Of a stretch of 64,000 nt of DNA, positions 1 through 11,492 are shown one piece after another. A model generated the notes under the pieces. It was not told where the DNA came from. It saw only the letters and a list, made by a program, of their open reading frames with translations, and did no database searches. Both the position numbers and the translations under genes were made by a program. Location of the stretch: assembly GCF_988243305.1 (NCBI RefSeq), contig NZ_OZ547136.1, one strand, 5' to 3'. The number at the start of each line of letters is the position of its first letter. Position 1 is the first letter of the stretch.

Positions 1-525
1 TCAGGCTTTTTTATTGGCATTTCATCTCCATCTGTGGCACACGCAATTGCCAAAGCATATCGATACAGCACATTACCCCGCCACTCCTGGCTCAATAAAA
101 TCTACCAGCGTCTCTTCCAGCCAACACCCAAATGCATTTCTTTATGAATTAATCCGCAACAAAACCGCCGTCCATATAGAAATATTTGCAAAAATAGTGC
201 ATGAAAAAAGCTTTTTCTCTGCCAATCCGGGATATAAATATTCATCAGCACCATAATATTCCACATCACTAAATCTCTCCCCATCGCCCCCAAACCTCTG
301 ATAATGGTCTAAAATCATTGAGGCCACTTGCGACGACGTTACTCAATAAGGAAAGTTTGGCGTGAATAATATTCAACACCAGTGCAGCATCATCATTACA
401 TACTTATGCCCGCCAACTACCGCTTTCGATATATTGACTCAATTTTTCAGCCTGGTTAAAAATAGCGACCAGCTCAGTCGCAAATATAGTGACTACCCTA
501 ACTAAGCAACAATAAGGAATACACT

Positions 526-1377
526 ATGACTGTTCAAACAAGTAAAAATCCGCAGGTCGATATTGCTGAAGATAATGCCTTCTTCCCTTCAGAATATTCG
601 CTTAGCCAATATACCAGTCCTGTCTCTGATCTTGATGGCGTGGACTATCCAAAACCGTATCGCGGTAAACATAAAATTCTGGTGATCGCCGCGGACGAAC
701 GTTATTTGCCGACCGATAACGGGAAACTGTTCTCGACCGGTAACCATCCGATTGAAACGTTGCTGCCGTTGTATCATCTCCATGCTGCAGGTTTCGAATT
801 CGAAGTGGCGACCATTTCCGGTCTGATGACCAAGTTTGAATACTGGGCTATGCCGCACAAAGATGAAAAAGTAATGCCATTCTTTGAGCAGCATAAATCG
901 ATGTTCCGCAATCCGAAGAAACTCGCGGATGTTGTCGCCAGCCTCAACGCTGACAGCGAATATGCAGCAATCTTTGTTCCTGGTGGTCATGGCGCACTTA
1001 TTGGTTTACCAGAAAGCCAGGACGTGGCTGCCGCTTTACAGTGGGCAATAAAAAATGACCGTTTTGTTATCTCCCTTTGCCACGGCCCGGCGGCTTTTCT
1101 GGCGCTTCGCCACGGCGATAACCCACTGAATGGTTATTCCATTTGCGCATTCCCAGACGCCGCAGACAAACAAACGCCAGAGATAGGCTATATGTCGGGT
1201 CATCTCACCTGGTACTTCGGCGAAGAACTGAAGAAAATGGGCATGAACATCATTAATGACGACATCACCGGGCGAGTACATAAGGACCGTAAACTTCTCA
1301 CCAGCGACAGTCCTATCGCAGCGAATGCGTTGGGTAAACTGGCGGCGCAGGAAATGCTGGCCGCTTACGCGGGTTAA
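526..1377 (+). CDS. hchA: Hsp31 glyoxalase III / protein deglycase, DJ-1/PfpI family
   Basis: 283-aa ORF matching recalled E. coli HchA; DJ-1/PfpI-type catalytic Cys region (ISLCHGPAAF). Confidence 0.9.
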   Translation: MTVQTSKNPQVDIAEDNAFFPSEYSLSQYTSPVSDLDGVDYPKPYRGKHKILVIAADERYLPTDNGKLFSTGNHPIETLLPLYHLHAAGFEFEVATISGLMTKFEYWAMPHKDEKVMPFFEQHKSMFRNPKKLADVVASLNADSEYAAIFVPGGHGALIGLPESQDVAAALQWAIKNDRFVISLCHGPAAFLALRHGDNPLNGYSICAFPDAADKQTPEIGYMSGHLTWYFGEELKKMGMNIINDDITGRVHKDRKLLTSDSPIAANALGKLAAQEMLAAYAG

Positions 1378-1484
1378 TCCCTGTTACGTTTGAATGTAAG
1401 CGCATAATCAATCGCAGCCACGTTAATACTCACGACGTGGCTGCGTTTTTTCATGGTTAATTTATGGCGTACTGAAGCCCTATG

Positions 1485-2843
1485 TTAATTTCTTTGCGGT
1501 AACGTAATCCGGAACACATTATGCTTATTGAGATAGTGATACGTAGCACTTCCCCCATGCAATTCGGCAATCGCTTTGACTAAAGAAAGACCAAGTCCCT
1601 GACCTACGGAATGACGCGAATTATCTCCCCGCCAAAATCTACGGAAGAGTTTTTCAGGCTCATTAATTTTCGTTCCAGGACTGGCGATATCAATATTAAG
1701 AGAACCGTTGTTATCAAGAAAACTGGTTATCTGAATACGCGATTTTTCTGGCGAATATCGAATGGCGTTAACAATAAGATTCGATAACATTCGTTGCAGT
1801 AAAATTTTATCCGCAAAGATTTGTTGATTGCACTCGACCTTAAAACGAATCTCTTTCTCGTCTGAAAGATATTCAAGATAGTCCAAAAGATTTTCAACTT
1901 CCTTATTGAGAGAAAGCGCATCCAGTTTCACCAAAACATTGTTTTTGTCTGCCCTGGCAAGAAACAGTATATTCTCTGTTAACCGCGAAATATTTTCCAG
2001 CTCTTCAATGTTTCCGGCAATTGTTTTTTGATATTCAGCGATACTTCTGGTTTGACTGAGCGTAACCTGATTCTGACCCAGTAATGCATTAATTGGTGTT
2101 CTAAGTTCATGAGCGAGATCGTCAGCAAACTGACTTAGACGCTCAAAATCTTTGACTAAAGCATGATGCATTTTATTCAACGCCTGCCCAAGAGGTTTTA
2201 GTTCTCTCGGTAATGCGCTAACCTCAACAGGCTCCCGGTTATCGTTATAATTCAGCGCTTCCGTTACACCACTCAACTTTTTGATCTCTCGTAACCCCGT
2301 TCTGATTAACAACGGACTTAATACTGAGCACAGTATAATGGCGACAATGCAAATTATAATGCTATTAATTTTATACTGTTCAAGCATGTTATGTCTGGCT
2401 GAAGCCAATTTAGCCACAGTAACCGTTAATGATGGCGAAACTTCATCAATATTAATTCGTAAAGCATCTATCTCTGTGTCATTAATAATGCTTCTGTAAA
2501 TGCCAGCTGCGCTAATTGTCTCACTAGCAGGTATGTTATTTAACATGCCATCACTGACATTTGTCCGGTTAACAATTTTATTGATGCCATCACCATGAAT
2601 GATCAAGATATCCTGACTAACATCCATCATCCGGTTAAAGTACACAGGTAACGTATCTGGATTTACCCCATCAATTAACAACTGCTTGATCTGCGCTGTC
2701 CGGTTAATGAGTGTTGTATCATCGCGCCATTTCAACTCACTTGCCAGGCCATTATAGAGAGTCCAGACAATTCCAGCGCCAGCAACAGACAGCAGCAATA
2801 TAAAAAGCAAGGTTAAACGGACGGTTATAGATAATCTTTTCAT
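1485..2843 (-). CDS. hprS: two-component sensor histidine kinase
   Basis: 452-aa ORF; N-terminal TM segments; H-box HELRTPINALLG and ATPase G-box (GQGLGLSLV); start overlaps the stop of the upstream response regulator. Confidence 0.88.
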   Translation of the reverse strand: MKRLSITVRLTLLFILLLSVAGAGIVWTLYNGLASELKWRDDTTLINRTAQIKQLLIDGVNPDTLPVYFNRMMDVSQDILIIHGDGINKIVNRTNVSDGMLNNIPASETISAAGIYRSIINDTEIDALRINIDEVSPSLTVTVAKLASARHNMLEQYKINSIIICIVAIILCSVLSPLLIRTGLREIKKLSGVTEALNYNDNREPVEVSALPRELKPLGQALNKMHHALVKDFERLSQFADDLAHELRTPINALLGQNQVTLSQTRSIAEYQKTIAGNIEELENISRLTENILFLARADKNNVLVKLDALSLNKEVENLLDYLEYLSDEKEIRFKVECNQQIFADKILLQRMLSNLIVNAIRYSPEKSRIQITSFLDNNGSLNIDIASPGTKINEPEKLFRRFWRGDNSRHSVGQGLGLSLVKAIAELHGGSATYHYLNKHNVFRITLPQRN

Positions 2844-3514
2844 TATTTTTTTACCGCTACGAATGAATAGCCCATCCCCCGGATTGTGGCGATTAGCTTT
2901 TCAGGAAAAGGATCATCAACTTTTGCGCGGAGCCTGCGAATGGCGACGTCCACCGTATTGGTATCACTATCAAAGTTGATTCCCCAAATTTCACTCGCAA
3001 TAACCGTTCTGGGGATAATCTCGCCAGCTCTGGAGGCCAGTAGCCAAAGTAACTGAAACTCCTTGCGCGTCAGTGTAATACTGATATTGTCCCTGCTCAC
3101 ACTTTGACTAACAGAGTCCATTCTTAAGCCGCTGATTTCTAATGATGAATTCAGAGCGTGATGTTGCCTTAATTGTGCCCGAACCCTTGCCAGCAACTCA
3201 GAAAATGAAAAAGGTTTTACCAGATAATCATTTGCTCCACTGTCCAGCCCTCTGACTCTGTCATCGACAGAATCCCTTGCAGTAAGGCAAATAACAGGGG
3301 TTTGCTTTGCCGTTCTTAACGTTTGTAAGATCTGCCAGCCATCCATACCCGGAAGCATAATATCCAGAATGATCAATGCATAATCATCCTTCAGCGCAAG
3401 ATAAAGCCCATCTCTGCCATCTGAAACGGCATCAATGACATAACCCGCTTCGGAAAGCCCCTGCGTTACCCATTCCTGGGTCCTTTGATTATCTTCAATA
3501 AGTAGAATCTTCAT
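2843..3514 (-). CDS. hprR: OmpR-family response regulator
   Basis: Receiver domain (MKILLIEDN...DIMLPGMDGW) plus winged-helix C-terminus; start set at MKILLIEDN (223 aa) rather than the longer ORF to 3625. Confidence 0.85.
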   Translation of the reverse strand: MKILLIEDNQRTQEWVTQGLSEAGYVIDAVSDGRDGLYLALKDDYALIILDIMLPGMDGWQILQTLRTAKQTPVICLTARDSVDDRVRGLDSGANDYLVKPFSFSELLARVRAQLRQHHALNSSLEISGLRMDSVSQSVSRDNISITLTRKEFQLLWLLASRAGEIIPRTVIASEIWGINFDSDTNTVDVAIRRLRAKVDDPFPEKLIATIRGMGYSFVAVKK

Positions 3515-3646
3515 GAAAATAATATGCCATAAATCATATGTTATAGAAACAGCCTGGTTCATTACAAAATTGTAATGCTGCTGTAAGGTTACCCTGGCCG
3601 TTTTTTCGCTATCCTCAAAACTCATTCACATGACAAGGATATAAAC

Positions 3647-4060
3647 ATGTTAAAGCGTTATTTAGTACTCTCCGTAGTAACGGCTGCATTTTCATTACCT
3701 TCTTTGGTTTATGCCGCACAACAAAACATTCTTAGCGTGCACATTTTGAACCAGCAAACAGGAAAACCCGCTGCCGACGTGACAGTCACTCTTGAAAAGA
3801 AAGCGGATAACGGCTGGTTACAACTTAATACCGCCAAAACAGATAAGGATGGACGAATTAAGGCACTGTGGCCCGAGCAAACTGCGACTACTGGCGATTA
3901 CCGTGTCGTATTTAAAACCGGGGACTATTTCAAGAAACAAAATCTTGAAAGTTTCTTCCCTGAGATCCCCGTTGAATTTCATATTAATAAAGTGAACGAG
4001 CATTATCATGTGCCTTTGTTACTCAGCCAATATGGGTATTCAACCTATCGTGGCAGTTAA
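3647..4060 (+). CDS. hiuH: 5-hydroxyisourate hydrolase, transthyretin-like, periplasmic
   Basis: 137-aa ORF with signal peptide and C-terminal YRGS motif typical of transthyretin-related HIU hydrolases. Confidence 0.88.
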   Translation: MLKRYLVLSVVTAAFSLPSLVYAAQQNILSVHILNQQTGKPAADVTVTLEKKADNGWLQLNTAKTDKDGRIKALWPEQTATTGDYRVVFKTGDYFKKQNLESFFPEIPVEFHINKVNEHYHVPLLLSQYGYSTYRGS

Positions 4061-4165
4061 TGCGTAAATATGTAAAAGCTGATCTCTGCTACTGTTAGGG
4101 AGGTGACTCCCTGACAGATTAACAGTAAACGGCTCTTGTTGGCTAACGACAAAAAAGTGTGATAG

Positions 4166-5173
<1,008 letters not shown>

Positions 5174-5809
5174 ATGCGTCTGACAGCAAAACAGGTGACA
5201 TGGCTGAAAGTTTGCCTGCATCTTGCCGGATTGTTGCCGTTTCTCTGGCTGGTCTGGGTGATTAATCACGGTGGACTGGGTGCCGATCCGGTGAAAGATA
5301 TTCAGCATTTTACCGGTCGCACTGCACTGAAATTTTTGCTGGCGACCTTGTTAATCACACCTCTGGCACGCTACGCAAAACAGCCGTTATTGATACGCAC
5401 TCGCCGCCTGTTAGGATTATGGTGCTTTGCCTGGGCGACACTGCATTTAACCAGTTACGCATTGCTGGAGCTGGGCGTGAATAATCTGGCGTTATTAGGT
5501 AAGGAGTTAATTACCCGGCCTTATTTAACGTTAGGAATTATCAGCTGGGTTATTTTGCTTGCTTTAGCGTTCACTTCAACCCAGTCGATGCAGCGAAAAC
5601 TCGGCAAACACTGGCAACAGTTGCATAACTTCGTCTATCTTGTCGCGATCCTGGCCCCAATACATTATCTGTGGTCAGTGAAGATTATTTCACCGCAGCC
5701 ACTCATCTACGCTGGGCTGGCTGTACTGCTTTTAGCCTTACGGTATAAGAAGTTGCTTTCCCTTTTCAACCGGTTACGCAAGCAGGCCCACAACAAATTA
5801 TCTCTATAA
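5174..5809 (+). CDS. msrQ: heme-binding membrane subunit of MsrPQ
   Basis: 211-aa polytopic membrane ORF starting immediately after msrP; matches recalled YedZ/MsrQ. Confidence 0.9.
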   Translation: MRLTAKQVTWLKVCLHLAGLLPFLWLVWVINHGGLGADPVKDIQHFTGRTALKFLLATLLITPLARYAKQPLLIRTRRLLGLWCFAWATLHLTSYALLELGVNNLALLGKELITRPYLTLGIISWVILLALAFTSTQSMQRKLGKHWQQLHNFVYLVAILAPIHYLWSVKIISPQPLIYAGLAVLLLALRYKKLLSLFNRLRKQAHNKLSL

Positions 5810-5840
5810 CTTCATATTGCCGACAAACTTCGCGTTATCC

Positions 5841-5873
5841 CGGCCGGATGCGGCGCGAGCTCCCTATCCGGCC
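5841..5873. repeat. REP-like palindromic unit
   Basis: GC-rich imperfect palindrome cggccggatgcggcg...ccctatccggcc just downstream of msrQ, resembling enterobacterial REP elements. Confidence 0.5.
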
Positions 5874-6011
5874 CACACAGATCGCATCAAGTTATGTTTC
5901 GTTTGTCATCAACCTTTCATCACCAGAATAATTTATTTTATTTCAATAAGATAGTTCAATACACCTGAGAATACCATGCTCTCATTTCCTAATGAGTTGT
6001 TGCATTTTTTC

Positions 6012-6032
6012 ATATGTTACAATATAACATTA
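6012..6032 (+). promoter_or_regulatory. Zur box (zinc uptake regulator operator) upstream of zinT
   Basis: Palindrome atgttacaatataacat matches the Zur consensus core (TGTTATA-N-TATAACA) about 35 bp upstream of the zinT start. Confidence 0.7.
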
Positions 6033-6066
6033 CACATCATGTACATTAACTCTGGAGGAAATTGTT

Positions 6067-6717
6067 TTGGCGATTCGTCTTCATAAACTGGCTGTTGCTT
6101 TAGGTGTCTTTATTGTTAGCGCTCCTGCCTTTTCGCATGGTCATCATTCTCATGGCAAACCCTTAACAGAGGTCGAACAAAAAGCTGCTAATGGTGTTTT
6201 TGATGATACCAATGTACAAAACCGAACGCTCAGTGACTGGGATGGAGTCTGGCAATCCGTTTACCCTTTACTGCAAAGTGGCAAACTTGATCCCGTCTTT
6301 CAGAAGAAAGCGGATGCAGATAAAACCAAAACATTTGCTGAAATTAAAGATTATTATCGCAAAGGTTATGCGACAGATATCGAAATGATTGGCATTGAGG
6401 ACGGCATTGTCGAATTCCATAGAAATAATGAAACAACATCCTGTAAATATGATTACGATGGATACAAAATACTCACCTATAAATCAGGCAAGAAAGGCGT
6501 TCGTTACTTATTCGAATGTAAAGATCCTGAAAGCAAAGCCCCTAAATATATACAATTTAGCGATCATATAATTGCACCACGAAAATCATCTCATTTTCAC
6601 ATTTTTATGGGTAATGATACCCAACAGTCTTTATTGAATGAAATGGAAAACTGGCCAACGTATTATCCCTATCAGTTGAGTAGCGAAGAAGTGGTCGAGG
6701 AGATGATGTCTCATTGA
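6067..6717 (+). CDS. zinT: periplasmic zinc/cadmium-binding protein
   Basis: 216-aa ORF with His-rich N-terminus after the signal peptide (HGHHSHG); TTG start as given by the ORF track. Confidence 0.88.
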   Translation: MAIRLHKLAVALGVFIVSAPAFSHGHHSHGKPLTEVEQKAANGVFDDTNVQNRTLSDWDGVWQSVYPLLQSGKLDPVFQKKADADKTKTFAEIKDYYRKGYATDIEMIGIEDGIVEFHRNNETTSCKYDYDGYKILTYKSGKKGVRYLFECKDPESKAPKYIQFSDHIIAPRKSSHFHIFMGNDTQQSLLNEMENWPTYYPYQLSSEEVVEEMMSH

Positions 6718-6805
6718 TTTTTTTGCGCTGACTTCAGTTATTTAACAGAACAGTGCCTGGTAGTAACAACAATAATTTACCAAGACAAATAAGTAAGACA
6801 AACTC

Positions 6806-6838
6806 AGACACGCTCATACTTGAGTCGTGTCTTTTTTA
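6806..6838 (+). terminator. rho-independent terminator downstream of zinT
   Basis: Stem agacacg / cgtgtct followed by a T-run (ttttttatt). Confidence 0.55.
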
Positions 6839-7386
6839 TTATGTCTGTAGAAAAAAACTGCGAAAAAGGCGAACAATAAATACACAACTCAGCCATACAG
6901 ACTAGCAGCGCAAATGTTTCCAGGAGCAAGTCATCTGTCATGGTAAAACTAACCATAAATATAGGTTAATTTTGATGTTTAAACCTTTTTTACTTGTTAG
7001 TATGATACAAAGGCTTTCAAAAAAGCTGGGAAATTCAACAACTCTTGGAAATTATGGACTTTGTCCCGCAGCTTTAATCTGACGGCCGCGTTCCTTTTTT
7101 GGCTCAATTATTGACCCCTTCTCTACGCAACTTCAGTTCCCGCCAGCAACTTTGCGGCAGTTTCATAGGATCAATGTCTAAAAGAATAATGGTGACCGAT
7201 AAGAAAACGACTGAATAACTGTAGATTTTCGCTCGAAACCTTCCTGTCAGACCCATAGCGAATCAAGTGCTGAATGTCACAGTATCGAACAGAAAACAGT
7301 GACGATCTAACCCTTCAAGAATATTCTACGAATGTTCTGTTTAGGAAAAGCAAGGCGGGAAGTCGAGAGATAAGTCATTGATAAAG

Positions 7387-7476
7387 TGGCGGAGAGAGGG
7401 GGATTTGAACCCCCGGTAGAGTTGCCCCTACTCCGGTTTTCGAGACCGGTCCGTTCAGCCGCTCCGGCATCTCTCC
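7387..7476 (-). tRNA. serU: tRNA-Ser (anticodon CGA)
   Basis: 90-nt cloverleaf on the minus strand (GGAGAGATGCCGGAGCGGCTGAACGGACCGGTCTCGAAAACCGG...CCA) with long variable arm; anticodon loop CTCGAAA. Confidence 0.93.
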
Positions 7477-7569
7477 GTTCAGATGGTTGCCATGATGCCA
7501 GGAAATTTGGCATTTTAACAGTCCCTGTCCGTGCAATTTTGTTCAAGTGACGAGTTTGCGAGCAAAACG

Positions 7570-8367
7570 ATGATTAAGTGGCCCTGGAAAGTACAAGAAT
7601 CAGCACATCAAACTGCCCTTCCCTGGCAGGAAGCACTATCGATCCCCCTTTTAACGTGTCTGACAGAACAGGAACAAAGCAAATTGGTCGCTCTTGCCGA
7701 ACGTTTTTTACAGCAAAAACGGCTTGTTCCTTTACAGGGCTTTGAGCTGAATTCATTAAGAAGCTGCCGGATAGCACTTCTATTTTGCCTGCCCGTTCTG
7801 GAGTTAGGACTGGAATGGCTGGATGGTTTTCATGAAGTCTTAATTTATCCTGCGCCATTTGTGGTCGATGATGAATGGGAAGACGATATCGGTCTGGTGC
7901 ATAACCAACGTATTGTTCAGTCAGGTCAGAGCTGGCAGCAAGGGCCTATCGTTTTGAACTGGTTGGATATACAAGATTCTTTTGATGCTTCTGGTTTTAA
8001 CCTGATTATTCATGAAGTCGCTCATAAGCTGGACACCCGTAACGGCGATCGCGCCAGCGGAGTTCCCTTTATTTCGTTGCGTGAGGTTGCTGGCTGGGAA
8101 CACGATCTTCATGCTGCAATGAACAACATTCAGGAAGAAATCGAATTAGTTGGTGAGAATGCGGCGAGCATTGATGCTTATGCTGCCAGTGATCCTGCTG
8201 AATGTTTTGCCGTACTTTCTGAATATTTCTTTAGCGCCCCAGAACTTTTTGCTCCTCGTTTCCCTTCATTGTGGCAACGTTTCTGTCAATTTTATCAACA
8301 AGATCCTTTGCAGAGACTGCATCACGCTAATGATACAGACTCGTTTTCGGCGACGAATGTTCATTAA
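7570..8367 (+). CDS. mtfA: Mlc titration factor A (zinc-dependent peptidase fold)
   Basis: Start set at MIKWPWK (265 aa); HExxH-like motif (IHEVAHKLD). Confidence 0.85.
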   Translation: MIKWPWKVQESAHQTALPWQEALSIPLLTCLTEQEQSKLVALAERFLQQKRLVPLQGFELNSLRSCRIALLFCLPVLELGLEWLDGFHEVLIYPAPFVVDDEWEDDIGLVHNQRIVQSGQSWQQGPIVLNWLDIQDSFDASGFNLIIHEVAHKLDTRNGDRASGVPFISLREVAGWEHDLHAAMNNIQEEIELVGENAASIDAYAASDPAECFAVLSEYFFSAPELFAPRFPSLWQRFCQFYQQDPLQRLHHANDTDSFSATNVH

Positions 8368-8467
8368 TTAACAACTTTGCAGATTAATTAACCAATTGAA
8401 ATGGCTTATGAAATTTAGTGTTGACAGACAAGGTACCGCTAAGTAATATGCACCCCGTTCTCACGAT

Positions 8468-8543
8468 TCCTCTGTAGTTCAGTCGGTAGAACGGCGGACT
8501 GTTAATCCGTATGTCACTGGTTCGAGTCCAGTCAGAGGAGCCA
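8468..8543 (+). tRNA. asnT: tRNA-Asn (anticodon GTT); insertion site of the HPI
   Basis: 76-nt TCCTCTGTAGTTCAGTCGGTAGAACGGCGGACTGTTAATCC...GGAGCCA; identical to three further copies in this window. Confidence 0.95.
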
Positions 8544-8923
8544 ATTTTCTGTTTTCTTGCATCCTTGCGAATCTTTATCTGATGTTGATTCAACAGGTTA
8601 GTGTGAAAACTCTTCTCGGTGCATTTTGATTTTACCCTACGCATCGGGAAAAATTGGTGGTCAAATCTGGGGTCAGGTTAGTTCGATAATGGAGTGACCC
8701 CCATATATCCCTTACCGACGCAAAAATCCGCACCCTCAAGCCTTCTGATAAACCCTTTAAAGTCTCCGATTCTCACGGTCTGTATCTGCGGGTCAAGCCG
8801 GGTGGCTCCCGCCACTGGTATCTCAAATACCGTATTAGCGGTAAAGAATCCCGCATTGCGCTGGGTGCCTATCCAGCCATCTCCCTGTCTGATGCGCGAC
8901 AGCAACGTGAAGGTATCCGTAAA

Positions 8924-9967
8924 ATGCTGGCGCTGAATATCAACCCGGTACAGCAGCGGGCTGCTGTACGTGGCTCACGAACACCGGAGAAAGTTTTTAA
9001 AAACGTGGCGCTGGCGTGGCATAAAAGTAACAGGAAATGGTCGCAGAACACCGCCGACCGTCTGCTTGCCAGCCTGAACAATCACATCTTTCCGGTCATC
9101 GGGAACCTACCTGTATCAGAACTTAAACCCCGTCATTTCATTGACCTGCAGAAAGGGATCGAGGAAAAAGGTCTGCTGGAGGTTGCGTCCCGCACACGGC
9201 AGCACCTGAGTAACATAATACGCCATGCGGTCCATCAGGAGTTAATCGATACGAACCCTGCAGCAAACCTTGGCGGCGTGACCACACCTCCTGTCAGACG
9301 GCACTATCCTGCCCTGCCGCTGGAGCGGCTGCCTGAACTGCTTGAACGTATTGGGGCATATCATCAGGGCCGTGAACTGACCCGGCATGCCGTTCTGCTG
9401 ATGCTGCATGTGTTCATTCGCTCCAGTGAACTGCGTTTCGCCCGCTGGTCAGAGATTGATTTCACAAACCGAGTCTGGACGATACCCGCGACGCGAGAAC
9501 CCATTATTGGCGTGCATTATTCCGGCCGCGGGGCAAAAATGCGAATGCCGCATATCGTCCCCCTCTCAGAACAGTCCATCGCCATTCTGAAACAGATTAA
9601 GGATATCACCGGTAATAATGAACTGATCTTCCCCGGCGACCATAACCCGTATAAGCCAATGTGTGAAAACACGGTCAATAAGGCACTGCGGGTGATGGGT
9701 TACGACACGAAAAAGGATATCTGCGGTCACGGCTTCCGGGCAATGGCATGCAGTGCGCTGATGGAATCGGGTTTATGGGCAAAGGACGCAGTAGAACGCC
9801 AGATGAGTCATCAGGAGCGCAATACCGTGCGCATGGCTTATATTCATAAGGCAGAGCACCTGGAAGCCCGCAAAGCGATGATGCAGTGGTGGTCGGATTA
9901 TCTGGAAGCATGCCGAGAATCTTATGCACCGCCTTATACAATTGGTAAAAATAAGTTTATCCCATAG
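8924..9967 (+). CDS. int: P4-like tyrosine integrase of the HPI, possibly start-defective
   Basis: ATG-initiated ORF of 347 aa; the same frame continues upstream to 8690 encoding an integrase N-terminal arm domain (SLTDAKIRTLKPSDKPF...GSRHWYLKYRISGKESRIALGAYP) but with ATA where the start would be expected. Confidence 0.75.
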   Translation: MLALNINPVQQRAAVRGSRTPEKVFKNVALAWHKSNRKWSQNTADRLLASLNNHIFPVIGNLPVSELKPRHFIDLQKGIEEKGLLEVASRTRQHLSNIIRHAVHQELIDTNPAANLGGVTTPPVRRHYPALPLERLPELLERIGAYHQGRELTRHAVLLMLHVFIRSSELRFARWSEIDFTNRVWTIPATREPIIGVHYSGRGAKMRMPHIVPLSEQSIAILKQIKDITGNNELIFPGDHNPYKPMCENTVNKALRVMGYDTKKDICGHGFRAMACSALMESGLWAKDAVERQMSHQERNTVRMAYIHKAEHLEARKAMMQWWSDYLEACRESYAPPYTIGKNKFIP

Positions 9968-9999
9968 TATACTAACGAATCCCACACTCTGGCAAATTA

Positions 10000-10030
10000 C
10001 CACCACCTCCACAGGAGGTGGTTCTATATA
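10000..10030. terminator. hairpin between convergent int and ybtS
   Basis: Inverted repeat ccaccacctcc aca ggaggtggt in the int-ybtS intergenic region. Confidence 0.4.
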
Positions 10031-10160
10031 GACTTTTATCAACTTCATGACGAAAAACACCTATTTTATCCCAAAAGAAGACAATAGAGTCACAGAGGAA
10101 TCAAAGAGCGACTCAATTGTCTTTGGACAGTCTGGTTGTGAGGTTAGAAAACAGTTACTC

Positions 10161-11465
10161 CTACACCATTAAATAGGGCGCAATGCTCGCTAATTTCTCC
10201 CGGGTTTCTGTCAGTTCGCGTTCCGGCGTAGATTGCGCGATGATTCCCGCCCCCGCCTGTATCCAGCAGCGCTGGCTATCCTGAAATACGGAACGCAGAA
10301 CTAGCGCCGCATCAAAGCGCGTATCGTCCAGCAGCAGGATTGCGCCGGAATAAAGCTCTCGCGGCGTCTTCTCAATTTGCATAATCGCGTTCAGAGCAGC
10401 ATTTTTAGGGATACCTGAGGCGGTAATCGACGGAAACAGCACGGTAAACGCATCCCAGGCATCCTTGTTTTCCGCAAGCTGACCGCTCACGCCAGACCCC
10501 AGATGCTGAACGCTGCCGCGCTGGCGAACCGACATTAAATCTTCAACCACCACGCTGCCCGGCTGGCAAACAGCCTCCAGTTCAGCAATAGCTTCTTTGA
10601 CAGAAAGGATATGCTCAAGCACCTCTTTACTGTCGTGCAGCAGTTCTGCCTCTTTCGCCTTATTATGCTCCGGGTTTCCCATGCGATCGCGGGTGCCCGC
10701 AAGCGGTTCAGTGACCACTTTATTGCCCGTCACTGACATCACCAGTTCCGGGCTAAAGCCCAGCGCTTCGCGTCCTTCCTGACGGAACATAAACGAGCGC
10801 ACAGGCGTGTTTGCCTGCCGCCCGTATAACAGCGTGGCGGGCATATCAATCCGCGATGGCAGGGGAATGGCGCGCGAGACAATCACTTTGACATACTCGC
10901 CACGGCGGATCTCCGCAACGGCGCGCGCAACCTGTTGTTTATATGCCTCACCATTGAGGGCGGTATCCACCGCCAGTGGTGCGTTCTGCGTCGTTGTACC
11001 GGCCTCTTTTACCCACTCGCACAAACGTCGGCACCCGTCGGCGGAGTCCGCATAAACGGTGACATTTCCCTTTTCAAAAATAAGTTCTTCACGGGGAACG
11101 GTTAACGTCAGCAGCGGCCACTCCCCGGCGTTAAAGGCAATCCCCCGCGCATGCGCCGCAAAGTTGAACCCAACCTGTCCATATACCCGACGTCCTTTCA
11201 CCTGAGGATGCGCCATAAAACGACGCGCGCAGTCGGCAATGGAATCCACCGCCCATTTTTGCTCCCCGGCATCATCAATAAATGTCGCCTGCGTTCCGTC
11301 GGCATTAATGTGCAGCCGTGCCTGGCACCCTTTGCCTAAATACCAACAGGGTTGACGCTCATAGACATAACACTCTTCTTCTGCGAACTGGCGTAAAACG
11401 CCAGAAATCGTCGGTAGCCATTGTTCCTCTGGTAATGCCAGATGTAGAAATTCACTGATTTTCAT
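10161..11465 (-). CDS. ybtS: salicylate synthase (chorismate-utilising)
   Basis: 434-aa ORF matching recalled YbtS/Irp9; first HPI gene after int in the canonical order. Confidence 0.9.
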   Translation of the reverse strand: MKISEFLHLALPEEQWLPTISGVLRQFAEEECYVYERQPCWYLGKGCQARLHINADGTQATFIDDAGEQKWAVDSIADCARRFMAHPQVKGRRVYGQVGFNFAAHARGIAFNAGEWPLLTLTVPREELIFEKGNVTVYADSADGCRRLCEWVKEAGTTTQNAPLAVDTALNGEAYKQQVARAVAEIRRGEYVKVIVSRAIPLPSRIDMPATLLYGRQANTPVRSFMFRQEGREALGFSPELVMSVTGNKVVTEPLAGTRDRMGNPEHNKAKEAELLHDSKEVLEHILSVKEAIAELEAVCQPGSVVVEDLMSVRQRGSVQHLGSGVSGQLAENKDAWDAFTVLFPSITASGIPKNAALNAIMQIEKTPRELYSGAILLLDDTRFDAALVLRSVFQDSQRCWIQAGAGIIAQSTPERELTETREKLASIAPYLMV

Positions 11466-11492
11466 CCCTTACCTCTCTGTGTTATTCCCGGA

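Noticed and set aside
7307-7546. 79-aa ORF overlapping tRNA-Ser
   Set aside because: Overlaps the serU tRNA gene on the same strand; the tRNA structure explains the sequence.
8694-8936. 80-aa ORF upstream of the int ATG
   Set aside because: In a different frame from the integrase N-terminal arm-domain homology, which occupies the same DNA and explains it better.
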